Shown here: positions 26,323 through 36,804 of the stretch, one piece after another
Layout: each line of letters starts with the position of its first letter
Numbering within the stretch: position 1 is the first letter of the stretch
Source: Chiloscyllium plagiosum
Taxonomy: Eukaryota
DNA length: 53,622 nt
Direction of reading: 5' to 3'
NCBI RefSeq assembly: GCF_004010195.1
Contig: NC_057719.1
Location: 95,127,190 to 95,180,811, forward strand
Notes under the pieces: model-generated
What the model was told of the DNA's origin: nothing
What the model saw: the letters and a program-made list of their open reading frames with translations, nothing else
Database searches by the model: none
Position numbers and translations under genes: made by a program

Positions 26323-26516
26323 GACGATAAAATGTGGAGCTGGAAAAAGCACAGCAGGTCAAGCAGCATCAGAGGAGCAGGATTGGTCCTGATGAAGGGT
26401 CCTGCCTGAAACATCGATTTTCCTGCTCCTCTGATGCTGTTTGATCTGCTGTCCTATTTTTTAGCTCCACATTTTAGCGACTCTGATTTTCTAGCATCTG
26501 CAGTCCTCACTACCTC
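26323..26516 (+). mobile_element. Penelope-derived inverted mini-element, family A, 16-bp TSD
   Basis: Inverted arms around CCTGATGAAGGGTCCTGCCTGAAACATCGATT; TSD CATGCACTT(A/G)GCATTA at 26307-26322 and 26517-26532. Confidence 0.85.
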
Positions 26517-27159
26517 CATGCACTTGGCATTAATTCATGATGAAATCCTATAAATGTCACCAGAGGATGCCTGGAAGGTGCCAGAGGTGAAGAAATTTAG
26601 GACTGCATTGATTTTGACTGCCATTGCCTATGGTGTGACCAACTGGCCACTTGGAAAATAGAGAGGGAGGTGGGGTCTTAAAGAATAACAGATGGAGGCC
26701 ATTCAGACCTTTATTGACAGTGACAGCTTCCTGCAACAAAAAAATCAGTTGGTCCCATTCCACCCCTTCATGTTTTATCCAATTCCATTTCGAAAGGCAC
26801 AGCTTAAACAGCTTGCACCGTGATGCCAGGCAGTACTTTCGGAATCAGATTCACTCCATGTACAAAGCCTTTCTTCTCATGTTGCAGTTAGCTCTTTTGA
26901 CATTCATCTTATATTAATTTCTTCTGATTCTTGACCTTTCTAACAATGGGAATCGTTCCTCAATCTATCAATGCCCTTTATGATTTTGAACAGCTCTGTA
27001 AAATTTCCTGTCAACCTTCTCTTCTGTAAGGAGAACGATTTCAGGTTGTAAAATATATCAACATAGCCAAAGTCGCTCATCCTTGGAATCATTCCATTTT
27101 TTTTTTTCACACCCTCCAAAGCTTTCAAAACCATCCTAAAATGTGGTGCCTAAAACTTA

Positions 27160-27450
27160 ACACAGTGATCACAGCGGAAGCTAAACAGAGGTCAGCCAGA
27201 GAATTCCTAGAAGCATGGGACTTGTTGACAGACTCCATCAACAAGCAGATGGACCTGGACCCAATAAACCAGCTACTACAACAAACACTGGAACCGGCAA
27301 CCAGAGACAGCAGGAATGGAACCAGATAAATTCCAGAAGACACAGTACAGCAGCTCATCACAGGAGGCCCCAAAACACCGACAATGTCACCGAGACAGGG
27401 GAGGAAACGTTTGCAAATCAACTTCCCAGCTCGGTGAACATACCCACAAC
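27160..27450 (+). mobile_element. Penelope-like element 3' end (distinct family D) nested in CR1
   Basis: AKQRSAREFLEAW...SINKQMDLDPI resembles a PLE endonuclease C-terminus; decayed hammerhead-like CCGACAAT-GTCACC...GGGGAG-GAAACGTT at 27378-27411. Confidence 0.65.
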
Positions 27451-28187
27451 AATACTCCAGTTGAGACCAAGCCAGTATTTGATACAGAGTCATCATAAAT
27501 TCTTTAACTTTGTAACCTATGCTGGTAATATTAAAGCCCAGTGCCTTTTTAACCACTTCTTAATATTTCTACTTTCAACAATTTGATACCTGTCGGTCAC
27601 TCTGTCCTTGCATCCACTTCAGAATTGTAGCTTTATTTTCTATTGTCTCTCCATGCCATACTGTAACACAGATCTCTTTCTGCATTGATTCTGATCTGCC
27701 TCCTATCCAACCACCTCACCCTCTTGTCAATGTCCTTTGAAAACTTACACTGTCCTCTTCTCATTTTACAATATTTTCAAGTTTTGCATCATCTACAACT
27801 TTTGATATTGTGCTTTGTAGATCAAGGTTTATAGTATATAGTTAAAGGGAAAAGCAAATGTCCCAGCACTGAACTCCAGTGGATTCCTCCACAAACCTTT
27901 CCCCTGCCCAAAAAAACAAGCCATCATTTACCCATCCATACTTTTCATTTCCTGCCAATTTTGTGTCCATGTTGCCATTGTCCCTTTTATTCCATGAGTT
28001 CTAACTTGTCTCTCAAGTCTATTGTGTTGCAGTATAGTAAAAACCTACAAAACATTCATAGAAACATCAGCAGCATTGCTCTTGCTAATCTTCTCAGTTA
28101 CCAGTCCAAAATCTCCAGCCAGTTACTGAAACATGATTTTCCCATTGAACGATCCACATTAACTTTGTTTAATTTACTCACATTTTA

Positions 28188-28233
28188 GAACATAGAACAT
28201 AGAAGAATACAGCACAGTACAGGCCCTTTGGCC
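28188..28233 (-). mobile_element. 46-bp CR1 3' tail flanked by a 100-bp direct repeat
   Basis: GAACATAGAACATAGAAGAATACAGCACAGTACAGGCCCTTTGGCC is the reverse complement of the CR1 tail seen at ~586-633; flanks 28088-28187 and 28234-28333 differ at one base. Confidence 0.88.
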
Positions 28234-28487
28234 ATCTTCTCAGTTACCAGTCCAAAATCTCCAGCCAGTTACTGAAACATGATTTTCCCATTGAACGATC
28301 CACATTAACTCTGTTTAATTTACTCACATTTTACATGCAAATGTTAATTTTTCTCCAAATTATTGTTTCTAAAAGTTACCCAACCATCAGAGTTGAACTG
28401 AATATTCTAGAGTTGCTTGGCTTTTCATGCACATTTGTTTTGAACAAAGGTGCATTGTTTGCAATTCTCCCCCTATTCAGTAGTGAT

Positions 28488-28701
28488 TGTAATGAGGTCA
28501 GCCAGGTGGACCTCATACAATATGAGTTCCCTGATTAGGGCTATTAACCTGGTAATCAGGGAGTCCTGGTTGACAGTTAAGAACAAGAGTGTAGAATATG
28601 TTGTTCACTCTGAAAGCTGGTTCTGAGGAAGTCAAGGATTCTTCATTTGGAAATAAAGACTGACTTGTTGATGGGATGCCAGCCTCTGTGGAGTTATTTC
28701 A
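28488..28701 (+). mobile_element. Probable solo LTR (~214 bp)
   Basis: Begins TGTAAT and ends ATTTCA (imperfect terminal inverted repeat); internal AATAAA near 28652; no clear TSD. Confidence 0.45.
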
Positions 28702-28868
28702 TCTATCACCATCTCTGAGCCCAGGAAAGCCTTTTATCATTGTCAGGATCTCTGTAATGTCCAATCCCATTTCCCTCAGTATCCTTGGATATATCTCATC
28801 TCATCCCAATGACATCAGAAAGCTAGACATCATGTGTAACGCAGTGAAAGGATATTCTGACGATAGGC

Positions 28869-28955
28869 CATTTGATGTGGAGGTGCCAGTGTTGGACTGG
28901 GTTGGACAAAGTCAGAAGTCACATGACACCAAATCATAGTCCATCAGGTTTATTT
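28869..28955 (-). mobile_element. Partial Penelope-derived terminus, family C
   Basis: Reverse complement of the 3' end of 30731-30929 (CCAGTGTTGGACTGGG...CAAAGT...ACACC...ATAGTCCA). Confidence 0.7.
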
Positions 28956-29089
28956 CATTCTTTACATTCTGTATGGTTTCATTCTTTAAAGGCTTTCCAG
29001 CCTCTGAGAATCACAGGGCAATCACTCACCCCTGTGCTCTTGACCTTTCGACTCTGTGGAGTTCCGACACAAAACTTCTTGTCGACTTT

Positions 29090-29997
29090 AACACACCACG
29101 ATATTGTCTGGTCACAGGCTTGCTGCCGGGCTCCAGTGAAGTTCAGCACAAGCTGGAAGAACAGCACTTCATTTTCCCCTTGGGAACTCTACAGCCTCTG
29201 GACGCAATACCAAATTCAACGTTTAGAACTCGAGGCACCTTCTCCCACGTCCTTACCGCAACCCCCTCGTCCGAGAAACCAAAACAGAAATTGCTGAAAA
29301 TGCTCAGCAGATCTGGCAGCATCTATGAAGAGCGATCAAAGTTAATGTTTCAGGTCCGGTGACTCTTCCTGAGAACATGCCTTCCCTATGCTCCAAGCCT
29401 TGTTATCACAGTCTGCTATTACATACAACCGATTGTTAGCCACTAACAGCACCCATTAGCAACTATTCATTCGCCCAAATTGACCTTTATCCACTTCTTT
29501 TGTCTGTCCAACTGTTCTCTCTCTCTGGGCTCTATTTCACCTATTGTTTACTCCCTCACTCCACCCTAATCTGCATAAGAACTAATGTTTTCTCAGTTCT
29601 GAACAAGGGTCACTGGGCCCATAACATTAACTGGTTTCTCTCCACAGATTAGATTCCCTACAGTGTGGAAACAGGCCATTCAGCCCCACCAGACCCTCTG
29701 AACAGTAACCCACCCAGATCCATTTCCCTCTGGCTAATGCACCTGCCACTATGGGGCAACTTAGCATGGCCAATCCACCTGACCTGCACATCTTTTGGAT
29801 TGTGGGAGGAAACCAGAGCACCCGGAGGAAACCCACACAGACACAGGGAGAATGTGCAAACTCCACAGACAGACACCCGAGGCTGGATTCAAACCTGGGA
29901 CCCTGGCGCTGTGAGGCTGCAGTGCTAACCACTGAGCCACTATGCTGCCCCTTGCTGGTATACCTGCTGAGCTTTTGCAGCAGTTTCTGTTTTTGTT
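29090..29997 (+). mobile_element. Composite Penelope-like remnant: GIY-YIG C-terminus plus inverted family B termini, interrupted by a SINE
   Basis: HKLEEQHFIFPLGTLQP at ~29150-29200; minus family B unit at 29276-29376; plus family B unit at 29595-29648 resuming at ~29952 after the SINE. Confidence 0.72.
29649..29951 (-). mobile_element. V-SINE (HE1-like) inserted into a PLE terminus
   Basis: Reverse strand has A box TGGCTCAGTGG, B box GGTTTGAATCC, V-domain and an AATCT tail. Confidence 0.88.
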
Positions 29998-30730
29998 CCT
30001 AATGTATGGCACCCGCAATTCTTTTGGTTTTACAAAAATCCACATTCTGGCAAGTAAAGTGAGAATGCTGGTTTAAAATCAGAATTGAATGTCTCTTAAT
30101 TTGTTGAGCTTACAGACCTTAAACCTCTCTGGAAGTTTCTCATGCTTGTCAGGTATAAGTCAGAACAAAGTGGAATCATGGTGGTGTGAAGTCAGGAAAC
30201 CTGAAGGAATGAGTTTTCTGAGTGCCCTGCACCATTGCTGAGCTCCTTCAACTTACTTTGTGCGGTTCCCATCCACCACCACCCTGGCTGACAGCAGGAA
30301 GGCCTTTCTATTGGATAGCCTTCCTCCCAGACTCAAAGTCTGTCTGAGCAGGTAGGAGTGTGAAAACGATCAAGGAGGTGAGGGTTTCGGCTTGTGATGA
30401 GCGATCCAAATCAGGAATGATCCAAACATAAGGTGTATCCAATAAAATTCTCGGGATTCCGCAGATAGGTAGCTCATTGTCCAACAATGTTCAGAGTGAT
30501 ATTTTTGTGATATTTGAAACTCAGCTGCATGTCAGAATTGCCTTGTCTGTCTTACTGTGCTCCACCATGCACTCACTCATCTTTGAAATAGAGCACTCAA
30601 ATGACCTCCAGTCCTTGACATGTTAGTCATGCAATTGGACAAGGGATTCTCCACGACTGTTATTGCACATCTACCTTCAGCATTCAATATATGTATTGCC
30701 GTTCCTATGTCTCCATGTATTATAAAATTG

Positions 30731-30929
30731 AAAATCACACAACACCAGGTTATAGTCCAACAGGTTTAATTGGAAGCACTAGCTTTTGGAGCGACGCTCC
30801 TTCATCAGGTGGTTGTCGCACTCCAAAAACGAGTGTGCTTCCAATTAAACCTGTTGGACTATAACCTGGTGTTGTGTGATTTTTAACTTTGTACACCCCA
30901 GTCCAACACTGGCGTCTCCAAATCATGAA
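30731..30929. mobile_element. Penelope-derived palindromic mini-element, family C, 13-bp TSD
   Basis: Long inverted repeat AAAATCACACAACACCAGGTTATAGTCCAACAGGTTTAATTGGAAGCAC and its complement; TSD TATTATAAAATTG at 30718-30730 and 30930-30942. Confidence 0.85.
30775..30814 (-). ncRNA. Minimal hammerhead ribozyme motif (family C; G12 mutated to A in this copy)
   Basis: Minus strand: AACCAC-CTGATGA-A-GGAGC-GTC-GCTCC-AAA-AGCT-A-GTGCTT. Stem II is 5 bp, stem III is the palindrome AGCT, stem I is CAC/GTG. Confidence 0.6.
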
Positions 30930-31344
30930 TATTATAAAATTGGCCTTAGTGAAACCTCAGATAACACCTGAGCCAATGATAATCATCCAAGCTTTGATGG
31001 TGAATTAAGGTGATCAGAGCCATCTAGCAGGAGAATATTGTACTAATTATATGATCTCTCACCATAAACTCTGTGAAATCATTAACAAACCTTTGAGTCC
31101 TGCAAAGGCTGCGTCAGATTACACAGGAAGGTCAGGATTTCTCAAAACTACGAACAATGAGTAAAGTTTCATGCTTCACCTATCTAGGAGCAGCTCAGTG
31201 GTGCTCACCATAAACATGGTGCTGCTATCAAGCCAAAAAGGCAGAAAGGTGCTTTCCCTGTTACACAAACATTTATTCAGTGACTGAATATCAGGGCAGG
31301 TGCGATGCTGGGCAAGTCAACTTTCCACTCAAATCTGATAGGAG

Positions 31345-32121
31345 ATTTGATGTTGTGAAATTGAAAGGGTTCAGAAAAGATTTAAAAGGATGTTGCCAGA
31401 GTTAGAGGATTTGAGCTATAGGGAGAGGCTGACCAGGCTGGGGCTGTTTTCCCTGAAGTGTTGGAGGGTGAGGGGTGACCTTACAGAGGTTTATAAAATC
31501 ATGAGGGGCATGGATAGGGTAAACAGACAAGGTCTTTTCCCTGGGATGGGGGAGTCCAGAACTGGAGAGCACAGGTTTAGGGTGAAAGGGGAAGAATATA
31601 GATTAGATTACTTACAGTGTGGAAACAGGCCCTTCAGCCCAACAAGTCCACACCGACCCGCCGAAGCACACCCACCCAGATCCATTCCCCTATGTTTACC
31701 CCTGCACTAACACTAGGTGGAATGTAGCATGGCCAACTCACCAACCTGTGCATTTTTGGATTGTGGGAGGAAACCCACACAGATACTCCACACAGTCAAT
31801 CGCCTGAGGCAGGAATTGAACCCAGGTCTGTGGCACTGTGAGGCAGCAGTGCTAACCACTGTGCCACCGTGCCGCCCATATAAAAGAGAACTAAGGGACA
31901 ACTTTTTTATGCAGAGGGAGGTACGTGTATGGAATGAGCTGCCAGAGGACGTGGTGGAGGCTGGTACAATTGCAACATTTAAGAGACATTTGGATGGGTA
32001 CATGAATAGGAAGGGTTTGGAGGGATATGGGCTGGGTGCTGGCAAATATCTTAGATTAATTTAGGATATCTGGACAGCATGGATGAGTTGGAGCAAAGGG
32101 TCTGTACATCTCTCTGACTCT
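31345..32121 (+). mobile_element. CR1 LINE 3' end with nested SINE
   Basis: LSYRERLTRLGLFSLKCWRVRGDLTEVYKIMRG resumes after the SINE as FFMQREVRVWNELPEDVV; TGACTCTA tail. Confidence 0.9.
31601..31877 (-). mobile_element. HE1-type V-SINE (internally deleted) in CR1
   Basis: Reverse GGGCGGCACGGTGGCACAGTGG head and TAATC tail; ATATA flanks both sides (31596-31600, 31878-31882). Confidence 0.9.
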
Positions 32122-32209
32122 AAACAGCATGTTCCTTTGGCTGCTATTGACCATAGCCAGTCAGCTCACTCTTGCAGAACTCACAACACTGTGCCCAACA
32201 TTAGATGTG

Positions 32210-32657
32210 ATTCATAATTGGACAGTATTTGCTACATAATCCTAGGCGTGTGGAGCATTGCACTGCCAGCCATTTCAGGAATGTCAGTAAGGCTCACAGT
32301 ATGGTGAATGTGGGTTTTCAAAACTGGAGATGGAAAGGACATGTATATGCACTGCATCAGTTTCAACGCCAGACAATGTATGACAGCCACTCATTGGTCA
32401 AGGCCTTGAGAAATAAGGCAAAGTCAACCTGTACTTGCTTAAAATTTGAACAAAGCTTAGCCATTAACTGTCATTCATTAGTAACTGGTGCATTCTCCAT
32501 CTACTTGCACCAATCACAGTCTATTCATTAGCCAATTAGTATTCCCCTATCACATAGCATAAGTGCTGTTTTCCCTTTACTGTTTGGTATTTCTTGTGAA
32601 TTGTCCTGATGAATGCAAGACAAAAGGTTCAACTAAATGTGCATTTTCTCAGCAATA
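32210..32657 (+). mobile_element. Possible old Penelope-like 3' end (family E)
   Basis: IGQYLLHNP... resembles a PLE endonuclease tail; GTC-CTGATGA-ATGCAAGAC-AAAAGGTTC-AAC is a hammerhead-like remnant at 32603-32633. Confidence 0.35.
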
Positions 32658-33561
32658 ATTATATATTCTTATTTTAATCATGTTGCATTGTTTCCTCAAA
32701 GGCCACTTGTTATCAAGCACTTACATATTTTAAGAATTATCCATGTGAAATTATTTTACCTTCTCCTCTGTTCTGCTGAATATTTTGAATCTAACCCCAA
32801 TTAATCAGTAGAAATAATTTTTTCAATCTTTGCTTTCTGAGAAGCCAATCATAATTTTAAAAATGTCAACATTCACATAAGACTATAGGTACAGGTGCGG
32901 AATGCGGCCATTTGGCCCATTGAGTCGGCTCCATCATTCAATCATGGACTGATATGTTTCTCAACCCCATTCTCCTGCTTTTGCTCCATAATCCTGGATC
33001 CCCTTTACTAATTAAGGAGATTTACTAATTAAGATCCTATCAATCTCTATGTGAAGTACTCTCAATGACTTGGCCTACACAGCCCTCTGTGGCAATGTGT
33101 TCCACAGAACAACCATCTTCTGCCTGAAAGAATTATTCCCCATTTCATTTCTAAAGGGTTGTCCCGTCTCTCTGAGGCTATGTCCACAGGTCCTAGTCTC
33201 TCCAACTAGTGGAAACATCTTTTTCACATCCACTGTACCCAGGCTCCTGTTATTCTGTAAGCCTCAGTGAAACTCCCCCCACCACTGTCGTTCCAAACTT
33301 CATCACGTTCAGACCCACAGTCCTCAACTCCTCTTCCTATGAGAAGCCCTTCATACCCAGGATCATTCTTGTAAACCTTGTGTGGAGCCCCTCTAACATC
33401 AGCATGTCCTTCCTTGGATACTGGGCCCAAAACTGCTGACAATGTTCTAAATGTGGTCTGGCTGGAGCCTTCTACACTGTCAGCAGTACATCCCTGCTCT
33501 TGTATTCTAGCCCTCTTGAAATTAGCACTACCATTACTTTGCCTTCCTAACTGTGAACTGA

Positions 33562-33614
33562 GAGAAGGTAAGGATTGCAGATGCTGGAGAGTCAGAGTCA
33601 AAAAGTGTGGTGCT
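33562..33614 (-). mobile_element. Short family A Penelope terminus
   Basis: GAGAAGGTAAGGATTGCAGATGCTGGAGAGTCAGAGTCAAAAAGTGTGGTGCTG is the reverse complement of the family A 3' end. Confidence 0.72.
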
Positions 33615-34146
33615 GAACCTGCATGTTAACCTTAAGCAAATCCTGAACTAGTCCTTTTGTGTTTTGGATTTCCAAAGCCTTACCCCATTTAAAAATAGTC
33701 TGTACCTCTATTCTTCCAACAAATTGCATCACCTCACTCTGTCCCACACTGTACTCCATGTGCCACATGTTTGTTGATTCACCAAGCATGATCAAATCCT
33801 TCTGCAGTCTCCCAGCTTCCTCAACACTATGTGTCCCTCCAGCTATCTTTGTATCATCTGCTAGCTTAGGAACAATGCCCTCTGCTCCTTCATCCCAGAT
33901 CGTTAATGTATAATATGAATAGCTGTGGTCCCAACACTGACCCCTGAGGGGCTCCACTAGTCACCTGCTGTCATTGTGAAAAAGACCACTTCATCCCCCC
34001 TCTCTGCCTTCTTAACCAATCCTCTATCCATGCTAGTACCTTGTCCCTAACACCATGGGCTTTTATTTTATTTAGCAGTCTCCTGTACAGCACCTTGTTA
34101 ATGACTTTCTTGAAATCCATATAGAACATGTCCACTGGCTTTCCTT

Positions 34147-34498
34147 TCATAGAATCCCTGCTGTATGAAAGCAGGCCATTCATCCCATCGAGTCCACACT
34201 GATCCTCCAAAGAGTATTTGACCCAGACCCTCTACCTTATCCCTGTAACCTTGCATTTCCCATGGCTAATCTACCTAGCGTGCACATCCCTGGACACTAT
34301 GGACAATTTAGAATGGCTAATCTACCCTAACCTGCACATCTTTGGACTGTGGGAGGAGATGACAGCACCTGGATGAAACCCATGCAGACACAGGGAGAAT
34401 GTGCAAACTCCACACAGACAGTCATCAAGGGTGGGATTTAGTCTGGTTCCCTGGTGCCGTGAGACAGCATGCTAACCACTGAGCTGCTGTGTCACCCT
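34147..34498 (-). mobile_element. Older V-SINE inserted in CR1
   Basis: Reverse head with GCTCAGTGGTTAGCA, V-domain, internal duplication and ATTCTATGA tail. Confidence 0.8.
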
Positions 34499-34622
34499 AC
34501 CATCTTTTATCTAATTTGCTTGTTACCTCCTCAAAGAATTCTAACTGATTTGTCAGGCATGACCTTCCCTTGACAAAGCCATCCTGACTCAGGTCTATTA
34601 TCCTGAGAACTTCCAAGTACTC

Positions 34623-34841
34623 AAGAGTGTGGTGCTGGAATAAGCACAGCAGGTCAGGTAGCATCCTAGGAGCAGGAAAATTGACATTTCAGGCATATGT
34701 CATTCATCAAGAATTCCTGATGAATGGCTTATGCCCGAAATGTCGATTGTCCTGCTCCGTGGGTGCTCCCAACCTGCTGTGCTTTTCCAGCACCACACTC
34801 TCGATTCTGATCTCCGGCATCTGCACTCCTCACTTTCTCCT
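34623..34841. mobile_element. Penelope-derived inverted mini-element, family A, 14-bp TSD
   Basis: Two inverted arms joined at GAATTC (34711-34716); TSD ACTTCCAAGTACTC at 34609-34622 and 34842-34855. Confidence 0.88.
34713..34748 (+). ncRNA. Minimal hammerhead ribozyme motif (family A)
   Basis: ATTC-CTGATGA-A-TGGC-TTAT-GCCC-GAA-ATGT-C-GATT: intact CUGAUGA and GAAA core with a GUC triplet. Confidence 0.65.
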
Positions 34842-35382
34842 ACTTCCAAGTACTCCACAATCTCATCTTTAACGAACAAAGTCAGGCTAACCAGCCTATA
34901 TTATCCTGCTTTCTGCCTTCCTCACTTCTTCAATGTGGGGTTACATTAGCCATTTTCCAATCCTTTGGGACTCTTCCTGACTCCAGTGATTCCTGAAAGA
35001 TCATCACCAATGTCTCTCCAATCTCCTCAGCTACCTCATTCAGAACTCTGAGATGTTGTCCACTTGGTCTGATGATTGATCCTTCTCCAGATCTTTCAGT
35101 TTCCCCAGCATCTTTTCCTTAGTGATGACCACTACACTCACCTCTGTCCGCTAACTTTCCTGAAGTTCTAGTATGTTGCTGGTTCCTTCCACTGAGAAAA
35201 CCGATGCAAAGTTCCTCCACCAATTCCTCATTCCCAATCACTGTGCCAGTGCCATTTTCCAATGGTCCAATGTCCAGACTTGCCTCGAGGATATCTTAAA
35301 ACACTTTTGCAATCTTCTTGTTTATTATTAGCTAACATACTCTTATATGTCATCTTGTCTCCCCTTATTGCTTTTTATTTGT

Positions 35383-35693
35383 GGGCGGCACGGTGGCACA
35401 GTGGTTAGCACTGCTGCCTCACAGCGCCAGAGACCCGGGTTCAATTCCCGCCTCAGGCGACTGACTGTGTGGAGTTTGCACATTCTCCCCGTGTCTGCGT
35501 GGGTTTCCTCCGGGTGCTCCGGTTTCCTCCCACAGTCCAAAAATGTGCAGGTTAGGTGAATTGGCCGTGCTAAATTGCCCGTAGTGTTAGATGTAGGGGT
35601 AAATGTATGGGTATGGGTGGGTGCGCTTCGGCGGGTCAGTGTGGACTTGTTGGGCTGAAGGGCCTGTTTCCACACTGTAAGTAATCTAATCTA
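35383..35693 (+). mobile_element. Full-length HE1-type V-SINE
   Basis: A and B boxes, V-domain, CR1-like 3' end and TAATC tail; highly similar to 17829-18140. Confidence 0.93.
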
Positions 35694-36582
35694 TTTAGTT
35701 AACCTTTGCTGGTTTTTAAAGGTTTCCTCATCATCCAGTAATCTCCACCACACTGTGTTTTTCCCTTTGCTTTTATGCTGTCTCTGACTTTCCTTGTCAG
35801 CCCGGGTTGCCTTGTCCTCCTCGTTTAATATTTTCTATTGAAGAAAAGCCTTTAACTGTTTCTCCATAATTATAATCTTCAATCCTGTGATTCTAGGCAC
35901 CTTTTGCTGTACCCCTTCTATGTTCCAATATTCTTTTTTTAATGTGGTAAATAATCTTGTTGTCAGGCTATTAACATCTCATATACATTTAACATAATGT
36001 CCCTGTTTCATATATCATGAAAATGCATGATACTGGCATGTATTTTGTAAACTTCTTTGTCTTGTTTTTCTTCCACATTCTGCTTATATTTTCTTTTCAC
36101 TTCAGGAAATTGGATGAACAAGTTGACAGCTTTATTAAATAAAACTAAAGCATCAAACTAAAAGCACTGCACAGGAGGCTAAAATGTAACTAATGCTATA
36201 TGCACAACTGTAATTTCATAAATTAATGAACATCAACAATAAAAGATGACTCTAATATACGGCTGACTAATTAAAAATAATGGAGGCTAAATGTTAGCTA
36301 GGTTTTTGAAATGGTATGAAAAGGTACATTAAGGCATTGCAACACTGGAAGTTGAGGCCACAGTTTTGTATTGATTATGTTAGTGTTTACTATCAATTTT
36401 TAAAAGCATATTTCCCTCTTTTACAGAATAAAATCAAAGATAATTTTAACATATTTTAATGGTTCCATATTAAAATGCCAACTGATTACAAATATTTTGC
36501 AAAGAATTTTGTAAAATGTGGATTAATTAGTGCAAATGCCAAAAAAAAGCCATTTATGGTGCAATCATAACACGCCTGTAAT

Positions 36583-36740
36583 AAAAACCAAAAGAACTGC
36601 AGATTCTGGAAATCAGAAACAGAAACAGAAACAGAAACAGAAACAGAAACAGAAACTGCTGGAAAAGTACAGCAGGTCTGGCAGCGTCTGTGAGGAGAAA
36701 TCAGAATTAACGTTTCTGGTCTGATGACCCTTCCTCAGAA
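36583..36740 (-). mobile_element. Penelope-derived terminus, family B, containing (CAGAAA)7
   Basis: Family B sequence in reverse orientation; hexamer expansion at 36614-36655. Confidence 0.82.
36705..36740 (-). ncRNA. Minimal hammerhead ribozyme motif (family B)
   Basis: Minus strand: TT-CTGAGGA-A-GGGTC-ATCA-GACCA-GAA-ACGT-T-AATT; intact core with palindromic ACGT. Confidence 0.65.
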
Positions 36741-36804
36741 GTTTCCTCTGTAATACTTCACTAATGGACAGATTGTTATAACTGATTCACCTTATTTTAT
36801 TAAA

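Larger units (their letters stand above)
26935..28470 (-). mobile_element. Old CR1 LINE hosting several nested insertions
   Basis: Minus peptides FSLQKRRLTGNFTELFKIIKGID and TLYQILAWSQLEYC; interrupted at ~27160-27450 and 28188-28333. Confidence 0.7.
32875..35820 (-). mobile_element. Long decayed CR1 LINE with nested SINEs and PLE mini-elements
   Basis: Minus peptides VPKLADDTKIAG and DMFYMDFKKVINKVLYRRLLNKIKAHGV; CR1 tail CATAAGACTATAGG at 32876. Confidence 0.85.

Noticed and set aside
34623..34841. Hairpin elements as MITEs or pre-miRNAs
   Set aside because: Arms are asymmetric, TSD length varies from 12 to 17 bp, and the same sequence forms the 3' terminus of GIY-YIG-coding Penelope fragments.
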